A stretch of DNA of 64,000 nt from Candidatus Marinacidobacterales bacterium. Lineage in GTDB: Bacteria; Acidobacteriota; Vicinamibacteria; Marinacidobacterales; SMYC01. Positions within the stretch are counted from its first letter, which is position 1. The number at the start of each line of letters is the position of its first letter. The notes beneath the pieces were generated by a model that saw only the letters and a program-made list of their open reading frames with translations, was not told the DNA's origin and made no database searches. Position numbers and translations under genes: made by a program. Below are positions 10,806 through 19,238 of this stretch, in pieces. The stretch is taken from contig OZ250169.1 in the NCBI GenBank assembly GCA_965237955.1, positions 448,001 through 512,000 of the forward strand, in the 5' to 3' direction.

Positions 10806-12185
10806 GTGGGGAGCGACACGGATCGACCCACACTGGAGACGCCGCATTTGAGAGTCGTCGTTCTTGGGGCCGGGGTCATGGGCCTGGCCTCCGCTCTCGA
10901 TTTAATCGAGGATGGACACGAAGTCACCGTACTCGAAGCAGCACCCTTTACCGGCGGGCTCGCGGGCTCGTTCGAGTTCGGCGACGTTCGCGCCGAGCGT
11001 TTTTACCATTTCATCTGCGGCGCCGACGATGTTTACCGAAAGTGGCTTCGACGACTCGGGCTCGCGGAACGCCTCCGCTGGCGACAGACGCACATGGGAA
11101 GCTACCACGAAGGTCGACTGCATGCGTTCGGTTCGCCTCTTTCGCTTCTGCGATTCTCTCCACTGAGCTTTACATCACGACTCCGCTACGGATTTCACGT
11201 CTGGTCGGCAAAGCGACTCGAAGATTGGTCCACGCTCGAGAACGTCACGGCGAAGGACTGGTTGATTCGAAGCGAAGGCAAAGAGCCCTATGACGTGATC
11301 TGGGAGCCTCTGCTACGTGACAAATTTCACGATGCAACGGAATCTCTCTCCGCCGCGTGGATTTGGAGTCGTATTCGCCGTCTCGCGAGTTCGCGAGATG
11401 GTCTGCTTCGAGAGTTTCTCGGGTACTTGGAAGGAGGTACGGACGTTTTCATCGAGACGTTGACGCAAGCCGTCGAAGCCGCGGGTGGGATCATCCACTG
11501 CGACGCTCCGGCGGAGGAGATCCTCCTCGAGCCGGGGGAACCGGTGGTGGCCTCGGGCGTCCGGGCCGGAGGTACCGAGTACCCAGCCCAAGCGGTCCTA
11601 TCGACCATCCCACTCCCGATCCTCGTTGCGATCGGGCGCAATCTTCCCGAAGACTATCGGCGGGCTGCCCTGGCCCTCGACAACTACGGAGTACGCTGTA
11701 TCATTGTGAAGTTGTCGACCCGCCTCACTCCTTACTTCTGGATCAATGTCAACGATCCAACCCACGCGGTTTGTGGCCTGATCGAGCTGACCAACCTGCA
11801 CCCGCCCGAGACGGTCGGCGGCTACCATCTCGTCTATTCTCCGCTATACGCGTCCTCTGCTAGCCTGGAATATCAAAAACCCTCCAAGGAAGTCTTCGCC
11901 GATACCGTGAAAGCCATGGCGGCCGTTTCGCCGGGGTTCGATCCGTCGCTTGTGGTCGACTACCGCGTTTTTCGCGCCCCCTATGCGCAGCCGGATTGCC
12001 CGGTGGGCTTCACGCAAAAGCTCGCACCCCTCCAAACACCGGTGGCCAACCTAGTGGCTGCCGATACCAGCCACCTGCTGCCACACGACCGGTCCATTTC
12101 CGATAGCTTGGCACTCGCGGAACGGCTGACTGAGACGTTGCGGCGCACGATGCTGCGCCGAGACGGACGGACTGCACTTACCTGA
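10806..12185 (+). CDS. FAD/NAD(P)-dependent oxidoreductase (amine oxidase/protoporphyrinogen oxidase-like)
   Basis: VVVLGAGVMGL...VTVLEA...GGLA Rossmann motif; ERFYHFI; GYLEGG. Confidence 0.88.
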   Translation: MGSDTDRPTLETPHLRVVVLGAGVMGLASALDLIEDGHEVTVLEAAPFTGGLAGSFEFGDVRAERFYHFICGADDVYRKWLRRLGLAERLRWRQTHMGSYHEGRLHAFGSPLSLLRFSPLSFTSRLRYGFHVWSAKRLEDWSTLENVTAKDWLIRSEGKEPYDVIWEPLLRDKFHDATESLSAAWIWSRIRRLASSRDGLLREFLGYLEGGTDVFIETLTQAVEAAGGIIHCDAPAEEILLEPGEPVVASGVRAGGTEYPAQAVLSTIPLPILVAIGRNLPEDYRRAALALDNYGVRCIIVKLSTRLTPYFWINVNDPTHAVCGLIELTNLHPPETVGGYHLVYSPLYASSASLEYQKPSKEVFADTVKAMAAVSPGFDPSLVVDYRVFRAPYAQPDCPVGFTQKLAPLQTPVANLVAADTSHLLPHDRSISDSLALAERLTETLRRTMLRRDGRTALT

Positions 12186-12268
12186 CGATCTCGGCTGGCA
12201 CGGAGTCGATACCAGGCAAGAAGAACGCGATGAAGCGAGTAATGGATAGCAACGAGACTGAGTTCGTT

Positions 12269-12496
12269 CCGCCGTGAACGTCCCTTGAGATGGGGAGAGA
12301 AAGGAACCGTCGAAACGGCTTCGCTGAAACTGTGTGCTGTGGGGTTTCGTGGGTCGCTTCCATCAAGGGTGTAGTAGACTTTTTCCGCTCCCGCTGGGCA
12401 CCGGATGGTGATGCTGTCGGAAGCTCGTTTCGAACACCGGCGAGGTCGAGGGTGGGATAGTAATCATGGTTTCGAAGCGCTCGAATGAACCTTTCC
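12269..12496 (-). repeat. Degenerate duplicate of the 3' end of the CotH gene (3733-3957)
   Basis: Direct match, e.g. ERFIRALRNHDYYPT, with small indels. Confidence 0.85.
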
Positions 12497-12501
12497 GCTT
12501 C

Positions 12502-12666
12502 CAGGGGGTGGGCTGTAGACCCGATAGTCCCGATAGCTCGTGGAGATCGGCTCTTTCCACAGAGCGCGGTAGTTGGCGAAGTCTTCCACGGTGAGGATGC
12601 CGCCGTTCTTGCCGAAATGCTTGACGAACTCTCGCGACAGAGAGCCACCGTAGAAGACTTCCGGAC
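12502..12666 (-). pseudogene. Internal fragment of a gamma-glutamyltransferase gene
   Basis: Translates to PEVFYGGSLSREFVKHFGKNGGILTVEDFANYRALWKEPISTSYRDYRVYSPPP, a typical GGT segment; abuts a TIR at 12667. Confidence 0.75.
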
Positions 12667-12837
12667 CCCGTCCTGTGCCAAAACTCGGCCCTTTTGAAAT
12701 AGACCATAAATCAGCAGCTTAGTGTCTGTGTTTGCGACCGGGCCAAGGGCCGTGGGCTTTACAATCGTCTGGCCCGAGGGTGCTATCTTCAGATCCCGTC
12801 CTGTGCCAAAACTCGGCCCTTTTGAAATAGACCATAA
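12667..12837. repeat. Two tandem orphan subfamily-A termini
   Basis: CCCGTCCTGTGCCAAAACTCGG at 12667 (full TIR) and 12795 (about 43 bp). Confidence 0.9.
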
Positions 12838-12990
12838 AGATCGCGAAGCGTGCCCCAATCGTCGAGGGCACGCTGGACGTGACGAAGATCGAGGCCATCG
12901 ACTTGGATAATCTGGCGCGGAAGTTTCGGACACAACGGATTATCTTTGAAACCGCGCGGGAACGTTTACGACCAAATGCAGGAGAGCTGG
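12838..12990 (+). pseudogene. Possible internal fragment of a type III-like restriction endonuclease
   Basis: APIVEGTLDVTKIEAIDLDNLARKFRTQRIIFETAR then frameshifted VYDQMQESW; position resembles the APIVGE segment of res at 39749. Confidence 0.45.
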
Positions 12991-13019
12991 CGTCGGCAGG
13001 CAGAAAGTAGCCGCCCGCG

Positions 13020-13367
13020 TCATTCCGGAAGGCCGCGTCGTACTCGGTAGCGGCTGACACTGGGGCGCGTTCGCGAGTCCGCGCGGGCTCGGTCCAGCAC
13101 CTGGCCCCAGTCCTGCTTCCGCTGCGGTCGATCGTCCACCGTGTGGTCCTCCATCCCCTGGCGGTCCGACGCCGCATCCCATGCCGCTGCCCGGGCACGC
13201 CAAGCCCCACGATTCGCCCAGCCCTTCCAAGTGTTCAGGCTAGGTGAAAGCTCCGCAGCCGCCGCAGCCGCCGCCCGCAACGTACGGTTCGGGCCCATAC
13301 TACGATAGACGATGAACGCCGCCCACGCCTTCGCACTCTCACCATCTTGTTGATCCCACATATCCAT
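13020..13367 (-). CDS. Phage-type protein, terminase small subunit-like (possibly truncated)
   Basis: WDQQDGESAKAWAAFIVYRSMGPNRTLR...WRARAAAWD resembles phage packaging HTH proteins (from recall). Confidence 0.45.
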   Translation of the reverse strand: MDMWDQQDGESAKAWAAFIVYRSMGPNRTLRAAAAAAAELSPSLNTWKGWANRGAWRARAAAWDAASDRQGMEDHTVDDRPQRKQDWGQVLDRARADSRTRPSVSRYRVRRGLPE

Positions 13368-13614
13368 GTGGGGAGTATAAGCCCACGCGTCGCGAGCGAG
13401 AAGTTAACTTCAGAGTGATTGGTACGCTAGTGTCAGTTGGCCTGCCCGTGTCGGCGAACGCCATAAATAAGGATGTCGGCGTGCACACGAAGATGTCCCT
13501 GAATGTCAGGCACCACGTGGTCAGCGCAGCCGGCATCGCCGAAAGAACTGCGTCTCTCGAAATCAGGCTCAACCTCTAGCACGAGAACGGGTTACGCGGC
13601 GGCTACCAACACTT

Positions 13615-13890
13615 AATTTCGGAAGCACCGGTTTTCGTCTCTAATCTCGATTTTCGAGTGCCACGTTCGCGCCAAAGGGGGGAGCGGGCCGCTGACAGGG
13701 CCGTGCAGCGTCGGAAAAGAAGCCATCCGGGAGGCCCAGAATCGAGCTCGGGGCTACCGCGGCGTAGCTGGCCTAGCCCGTTCTGGTCCAGGTGCGGCCC
13801 TGGCCTTATTGATATCCATCTTTCCCCAGGACCTGGGTCCAAATCTTCGCCCGGGAGCGTGACATCCCGTTTCTGGACGTTGTTTCCCTG
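13615..13890 (+). repeat. Partial third copy of the non-coding module at 18490-19165 / 35297-35995
   Basis: Shared TCTCTAATCTCGATTTTCGAGTGCCACGTT...GTTCTGGTCCAGGTG...TTTCCCTG. Confidence 0.8.
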
Positions 13891-14091
13891 AGCACTTGAA
13901 GGAGGACAAGGTATTGATCGAAAGGTGGCGGCAAGAGTTCAATCGCTTCAGACCCCACAGCTCGTTAGGTTACCGACCGCAGCGCCGGAAACGATTCGGT
14001 TGAAACCGGCTCCGCTCCGCCGGCTTCAACCAGCCATTGTCAGCACCGAATGACTGAGATACAACGTGGTGCTAACCGTGGGGTCAGGTCA
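13890..14091 (+). pseudogene. 3' remnant of an IS3-family element
   Basis: KVLIERWRQEFNRFRPHSSLGYRP followed by terminal ...GGGGTCAGGTCA. Confidence 0.75.
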
Positions 14092-14120
14092 CCTTTCACG
14101 GACAGGAGGACAACTCCTGA

Positions 14121-14338
14121 GTGAAACCCAGAGAATCCCTGAAAGAGAACACTTCCGGCGTGTTAAGACTCTTCGTCTACGGCACGCTCAAGCGCGGGTA
14201 CTGGAACCACGACCCCTTCTGCCGAGGCGTGCTGGCGATCCAGGAGGCCCAAGTTCGGGGCCGCCTCTTCGAAGGGCCCGGCTTCCCCGTTCTTGAGGTG
14301 CCCGACGAGGACATCCTCGCTCACGGAACTGGAGACCC
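14121..14338 (+). pseudogene. Gamma-glutamylcyclotransferase (AIG2-like), 3'-truncated
   Basis: RLFVYGTLKRGYWNH signature; GGAGGA RBS; cut at the intron boundary. Confidence 0.8.
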
Positions 14339-14486
14339 TTCGCGGTAGGGACCGCCCTTACGGGCGGCCCCCCGCACAGATCCCAGCGAGCGCTCCTAAC
14401 GCACTGGGCTCCTACCTCAGGTCATGACGCGCAGTCGCTGTTCGGGATACGGGTGCAGTGTTCGATGCTCGACGACTTTCATCAGC

Positions 14487-14645
14487 TGCGTATTCCGGGG
14501 CATCGTGAACGCAGATTCCAGCCGAAGGTGAACATCCATTCCAAAGCATCGTGAACACGGATTCCGGGGATCGTGAACACGGATTCCGGGGAAGGTGAAC
14601 ACGGATTCCAGGCAACGTGAACGCCGGTTCCGGCATCGCGAACGC
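14487..14645 (+). repeat. IS21 left-end tandem transposase-binding repeats (about 7 x 22-23 bp)
   Basis: Repeated ATTCC-N5-7-GTGAAC units; inverted copies at about 17355-17429. Confidence 0.85.
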
Positions 14646-14706
14646 TCATCGATAGCACGTTTCAAGGCAACTCTAGGTCGTACCCGGAAGGAGGACGATC
14701 TAGGAA

Positions 14707-16263
14707 ATGGCAGCTAAGAGGTTATCGATGAGAAAAATACGAGAGGTTCTAAGGTTAAAGTACGAGCTGGGTTTTACTCACCGCATGATCGCAAAGGCAC
14801 TTCGCGTGGCGGTTGGAACGGTGAGTGAGTACCTGGCCAAGGCGAAGAAGGGTGGTCTGAGCTGGCCGCTCCCGGAGGAGCTGAGCGAAGGGGAGCTGGA
14901 GGCAGGGCTGTTTCCGCCGCCGGGCTCGTCTGGCGCACGGCCGGGTCTGGACTATGCCCACATCCACGAGGAGCTGAGGCGTCACCGAGAGCTGACGTTG
15001 CTGCAGCTGTGGGTGGAGTACGCGGAGAATAAGCCGGGAGCGTACGGCTACAGCCGTTATTGCGAGCTGTACGGTCAGTGGAAGAAGAAGCTGAACCCGA
15101 CGATGCGTCAACGGCATCGAGCAGGCGAGAAGACATTCGTCGATTTTTCGGGGAAGAAGCCTCACATCGTCGATCCGAAAACGGGAGAGCTCGTCGAAAT
15201 GGAGCTGTTCGTCGGGACGTTGGGCGCGAGCAGTTACACCTACGTCGAAGCGACACTGAACCAGTCGCTGGAATCGTGGGCGAAGGCCCATAAGGGGATG
15301 TCGGATTACTTCGGTGGCAGTACGGAGATCTGGGTTCCGGACAACTTGAAGAGCGGCGTGGATTTGGTGGACCGTTACGAGCCAGGGATCAACCGGACGT
15401 ACGAAGAGCTGGCGACGCATTACGGTGCGGTTGTGGTCCCGGCTCGGGTGTTCAAGCCGAAAGACAAAGCGAAGGTGGAGTCGGCAGTGCAGGTGGCGCA
15501 GCGCTGGATCCTGGCGGTGCTTCGTCATCGCACGTTCTTCAGCCTGGCGGAACTGAACGAAGCCATCTGGGAGAAGTTAGAGGTCCTGAATGCGCGTCCG
15601 ATGCAGAAGCTCGGTGTGAGTCGGCGGGAGTTGTACGAAAGGCTAGACCGGCCCGTACTGAAACCGCTACCGCAGGAGAGCTACGAGTTATCGACGTGGA
15701 AGCGGTGCAGAGTGAACATCGACTACCACGTGGAGGTGGAGAACAACTTGTACAGCGTTCCCTATCAGCTCATTCACGAGAAAGTCGAGGCACGGGTGAC
15801 GGCCTCGGTGGTGGAGGTCCTGTTCAAGGGAAAGCGCGTCGCGTCGCATCCCCGCAAGAAAGGAAAGGGGCACTACTCCACGAACCCGGAGCATATGCCA
15901 CGTTCGCATCGGGAGCACCTGGAGTGGACGCCGTCGCGGCTGCTCCACTGGGCGGAGCAGTCAGGTCGCGCCACGGGAAGGCTGGTTGCGGGGATTCTAG
16001 AGAGTCGGCCTCACCCGGAGCAGGGATTTCGCTCTTGCCTGGGAGTCATGCGACTAGGCAGCCGCTGGGGCAGTGAGCGTCTCGAGGCCGCTTGCGCACG
16101 AGCGGAAGCTTTGAGCTCTTACAGCTATCGCACGGTGAAAAACATTCTCTCGGCTGGTCTGGATCGTGTGGTGCTCGAATCGGACGCCGAAGCGAAACCG
16201 CGAGAGGAGCACGAGAACATCCGAGGCGCGGATCACTACGAAGGAGGAGAGTCCCGATGCTGA
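14707..16263 (+). CDS. istA: IS21 transposase IstA
   Basis: MRKIREVLRL HTH, FVDFSG, VPDNLKSG, KPKDKAKVE. Confidence 0.95.
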   Translation: MAAKRLSMRKIREVLRLKYELGFTHRMIAKALRVAVGTVSEYLAKAKKGGLSWPLPEELSEGELEAGLFPPPGSSGARPGLDYAHIHEELRRHRELTLLQLWVEYAENKPGAYGYSRYCELYGQWKKKLNPTMRQRHRAGEKTFVDFSGKKPHIVDPKTGELVEMELFVGTLGASSYTYVEATLNQSLESWAKAHKGMSDYFGGSTEIWVPDNLKSGVDLVDRYEPGINRTYEELATHYGAVVVPARVFKPKDKAKVESAVQVAQRWILAVLRHRTFFSLAELNEAIWEKLEVLNARPMQKLGVSRRELYERLDRPVLKPLPQESYELSTWKRCRVNIDYHVEVENNLYSVPYQLIHEKVEARVTASVVEVLFKGKRVASHPRKKGKGHYSTNPEHMPRSHREHLEWTPSRLLHWAEQSGRATGRLVAGILESRPHPEQGFRSCLGVMRLGSRWGSERLEAACARAEALSSYSYRTVKNILSAGLDRVVLESDAEAKPREEHENIRGADHYEGGESRC

Positions 16264-17015
16264 CACCCGAAACGATAGAAAAGATGAACGCCATGAAGTT
16301 GTTCGGCTTGGTGTCCGCGTTCGAAACCCAGTTGAGCTCGAGCGAATACAAGGAGCTGAGCTTCGAGGAACGTGTGGGACTCCTGGTCGATGCCGAGTGG
16401 ACCGCCCGCGAACAGCGTAAGCTTTCTCGACGACTGCGAGCGGCAAAGCTCCGCTATCCGGCATGTTTGGAGAACGTGAACTTCCAAGCGCCTCGAGGCT
16501 TAAACCGCGAACAGATCTTGAGCCTGGGCAACTGCCGCTTTGTCGGTGAGCGCCATAACCTGCTCATCACCGGCCCGACGGGGATTGGCAAATCGTTCTT
16601 GGCTTGCGCCTTCGTGGAGCGGGCCTGTCGTCGCGGCTTCACCGGATGCTACGTGCGAGCACCGCGCTTGCTCCACGAGCTCGCGGTCGCTCGTGGTGAT
16701 GGTTCCTACGCCCGGCTTTTGACGAAACTCGCCAAGCTGGACTTACTGGCTATCGATGATTGGCTGCTTCACCCGCTGAAAGAATCGGAGAGACGGGATC
16801 TAATGGAGGTCATCGAAGACCGCGCCGAGCGTGGCTCCACACTCATCGCGACCCAGATTCCGCTCAAGCAGTGGCACGAAGCGATTGGCGACCCAAACCA
16901 GGCAGACGCTATCTGCGATCGCATTCTCCACAGCGCGCACCGCATCACTCTCAAAGGAGCTTCTCTGAGAAAGACCAAGGCTGCGCCAAAGGCATTTGAC
17001 AACGCCGATGCATGA
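16257..17015 (+). CDS. istB: IS21 helper ATPase IstB
   Basis: GPTGIGKS Walker A, LLAIDDW, ADAICDRI; ATG overlaps the end of istA. Confidence 0.95.
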   Translation: MLTPETIEKMNAMKLFGLVSAFETQLSSSEYKELSFEERVGLLVDAEWTAREQRKLSRRLRAAKLRYPACLENVNFQAPRGLNREQILSLGNCRFVGERHNLLITGPTGIGKSFLACAFVERACRRGFTGCYVRAPRLLHELAVARGDGSYARLLTKLAKLDLLAIDDWLLHPLKESERRDLMEVIEDRAERGSTLIATQIPLKQWHEAIGDPNQADAICDRILHSAHRITLKGASLRKTKAAPKAFDNADA

Positions 17016-18168
17016 GCGAGCGAGGGACCACAGCGTCGATGCGATAAAAACGGGTGAAACCGCCAAACCCGGGGTACCAGACGATGCGGCGCCAAAACGA
17101 CGCGCGAGAATGCCTCAGGAAGCGTCTTCTCGAGCCAGGCCATACCCCAGCAACCCCCCGAAACCAGCCCCACATCGCCCGGGGTTCGGCCGCGGCAGGT
17201 CGCTGCCTACGGGAGCGGGAAGGTCGCTTCGCGTCTTTCCTTACGCCCGCTCCCTCCGGCACCGACCTGCCGCCCCTTGCTACACAACACGCAGGTAAGA
17301 TAGGTTCACGTTTTCAATCAGTGGAAAGGAGGTCACCCAACACTTCATCGCTTCGATGAGCGTTCGGCTTCACCGGATTCGCTGTTCAGCTTGCTCTGGA
17401 TTCGGCGTTCACGATGGCTGGAATACGCAATCAGCCATCCGTGGTCGATGGCATCGAAGAATCCACGGATGTCCGCGTCGAGTATCCAGTTCACTTTCTT
17501 GTGAACCGTGCTCCCTTATCCCGGCAGGCTACCTGCCGTATCCGCTCCAGCGCATTTCGCAGATCAGGGGACCGAACGTAGGCGCACTCCCTTGGCTGTT
17601 TCCGCGCTTTCCCGCTTCGTGCCCGTTTAGGGTTGTCCATATTCACTCCCTGCCCGGCGCTGAGTCCGGGACCTGATTTGCCGCAGCGGATTTCCCTTGG
17701 TCAGTCCCCTTCGCTCCACCTCCTCCGCGGAGTGAGGTACTCCCCAGTCTTTGTTCGAAGGCTTCTCGGCTACTATGGGCCTGTCAGACTTCCCGCACCC
17801 GTTCGTCGCTGTCGTGCTCCTTGCGGATTCACAGCGCGGACCCCGACGCCACTCTGGGCCAAATGCGGGACCTCCCGGCTCCCGTGTATGTCTCTTCCGT
17901 GCGTGCGCGGGGTCTCAGACCACGCAGGGGCGGAACAACTCTTGCGATGACGACTTGTTCCGTGTTGCCTTCCGTGCCATACGACGCCGTCGGCCCCCCA
18001 AACTCAATTTTCCTTTCGCGGCTCAATACCCAGCCCACACGTTGCCCTGTCAACGCTTCGCCCCTGCCCTCGCGGACAGCAACGCATGACTCGGGGCCAA
18101 CTTGGTTCGCTACTCCTTGGTTAGGCGGGACTTGCACCCGCGAGACTTACCGGTTTGTGCCGGCGCAC

Positions 18169-18360
18169 CGTGAGGTCAAAATACTCATGCGGCTTCCCGA
18201 TGGTAGAAACGGAGCAACCCGCGAAGCCGTTCACGGGAGCACACCGTAGGCTCGGACTGATGTAACGGGTCGCTGGCTGGGAACAGCAGCAGATTCCTCA
18301 TCCGCTCGCACATGGACGTCCTCACGGCGACAGATTTCTTCACCACGGAAGTGTCGACTC
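18169..18360 (-). pseudogene. 3' terminus of an rve element (subfamily C) plus an internal fragment
   Basis: GLLRFYHREAA-stop followed by GTATTTTGACCTCACG; same sequence without the intron at 35035-35258. Confidence 0.75.
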
Positions 18361-18489
18361 AGGGCGGGTTTGCGAGGAGGAGACCCGAACCGTTCTCGTG
18401 GAGATGGTGCGTCGGGAGCGAGGCCGTATGGTGCAAATAGTACGTCGAGCTCGACGTCGGTCTAGTTTTCGGGGAGCAGGTCAGCTCGA

Positions 18490-19165
18490 ATGGAACCGCC
18501 TCACGCGCTGCTCGTGACATTTCCCTGTTCTTCCAGAACAATTCCCTGTTCGCCTATTTCAAATTCCCTGTTTGGTCATTTCAAATTCCCTGTTCTTTTG
18601 GAACAGGGAATTGCCACCTAACCATTTGAAATACAGATAGTTACCAGTGAAAAAACGGCCCGATCAGCCTCAAAATGGCCCAAATTCCCTGTTTTTCCCT
18701 GTTATTCATGGTTTTCAGCCGAGACCGGATAGCTCCAAACTGCCCCATCCGCCACCCAGTCTGGCCAATTGTGGCACTGCAGAGACGGGTGAGATTTTCC
18801 GCGCGGTTGGCGGGGTTTTGCAGGGGTAGGTGTCACCAGAGACGGCGCTAGAAGAGCCGAACTGGCCTCATTTTCGGTATTCGTCTCTAATCTCTATTTT
18901 CGAGTGCCACGTTTGCGCCAAAGGGAGGAGCGGGCGCTGACCGGGGGCCGTGCGGCAGCGGAAAAGAGGCCACCCGAGAGGCCCAGAATCGAGACCGGGG
19001 CTATCCGCGGCGTAGCGGGCTAGCACGTTCTGGTCCAGGTGCGGCCCGGGCCTGGATCCAGGTCTCCGCCCGGAAGCGTGGCATCCCGTTGCTGGATGGT
19101 GTTTTCCCTGCGCGTACGGGGAACCCGAATCGCCGACATCGCCTCCGACACGCCCCAGATCTGGG
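18490..19165 (+). repeat. ~0.7-kb non-coding module with phased (A)ATTCCCTGTT repeats, copy 1
   Basis: Units at about 18519, 18540, 18562, 18584, inverted at 18602, further units at about 18683 and 18695; homologous to 35297-35995. Confidence 0.85.
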
Positions 19166-19238
19166 TGTCCATCATCATTACTAGTCCGTGACTGAACTTG
19201 CAGGCCCGCCTCTGGTGCTGTCGATCTTCGCCATGCGG

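Larger units (their letters stand above)
14487..17429 (+). mobile_element. IS21-family element with 6-bp target duplication ATCAGC
   Basis: Ends TGCGTATTCC / GGAATACGCA; ATCAGC at 14481-14486 and 17430-17435; istA-istB pair. Confidence 0.95.
14339..18168 (-). ncRNA. Group II intron (IIB, class E/F-like) with internally deleted RT, interrupted by IS21
   Basis: 5' GTGCG at 18168; domain I-like GGCCCCGAGTCATGCG...GCGAAGCGTTGACAGGG; domain V GAGCCCAGTGCG...CGCTGGGATCTGTGCGGGGG; domain VI ...CCCTACCGCGA near 14340; RT remnants KVNWILDADIRGFFDAIDHGWL|MKVVEHR and LHPYPEQR. Confidence 0.9.

Noticed and set aside
14487-14645. Regularly spaced repeats resembling a mini CRISPR array
   Set aside because: The period is 22-23 bp with no unique spacers, and they lie inside the IS21 end where such repeats are expected.
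18519-18705. ATTCCCTGTT repeats as a CRISPR array for the I-G system
   Set aside because: Units and gaps are about 11 bp, far too short; no array is visible in this window.
18715-18756. tRNA-like 3' end ...TCCGCCA (also at about 35550)
   Set aside because: No GTTCRA T-loop or cloverleaf could be built.
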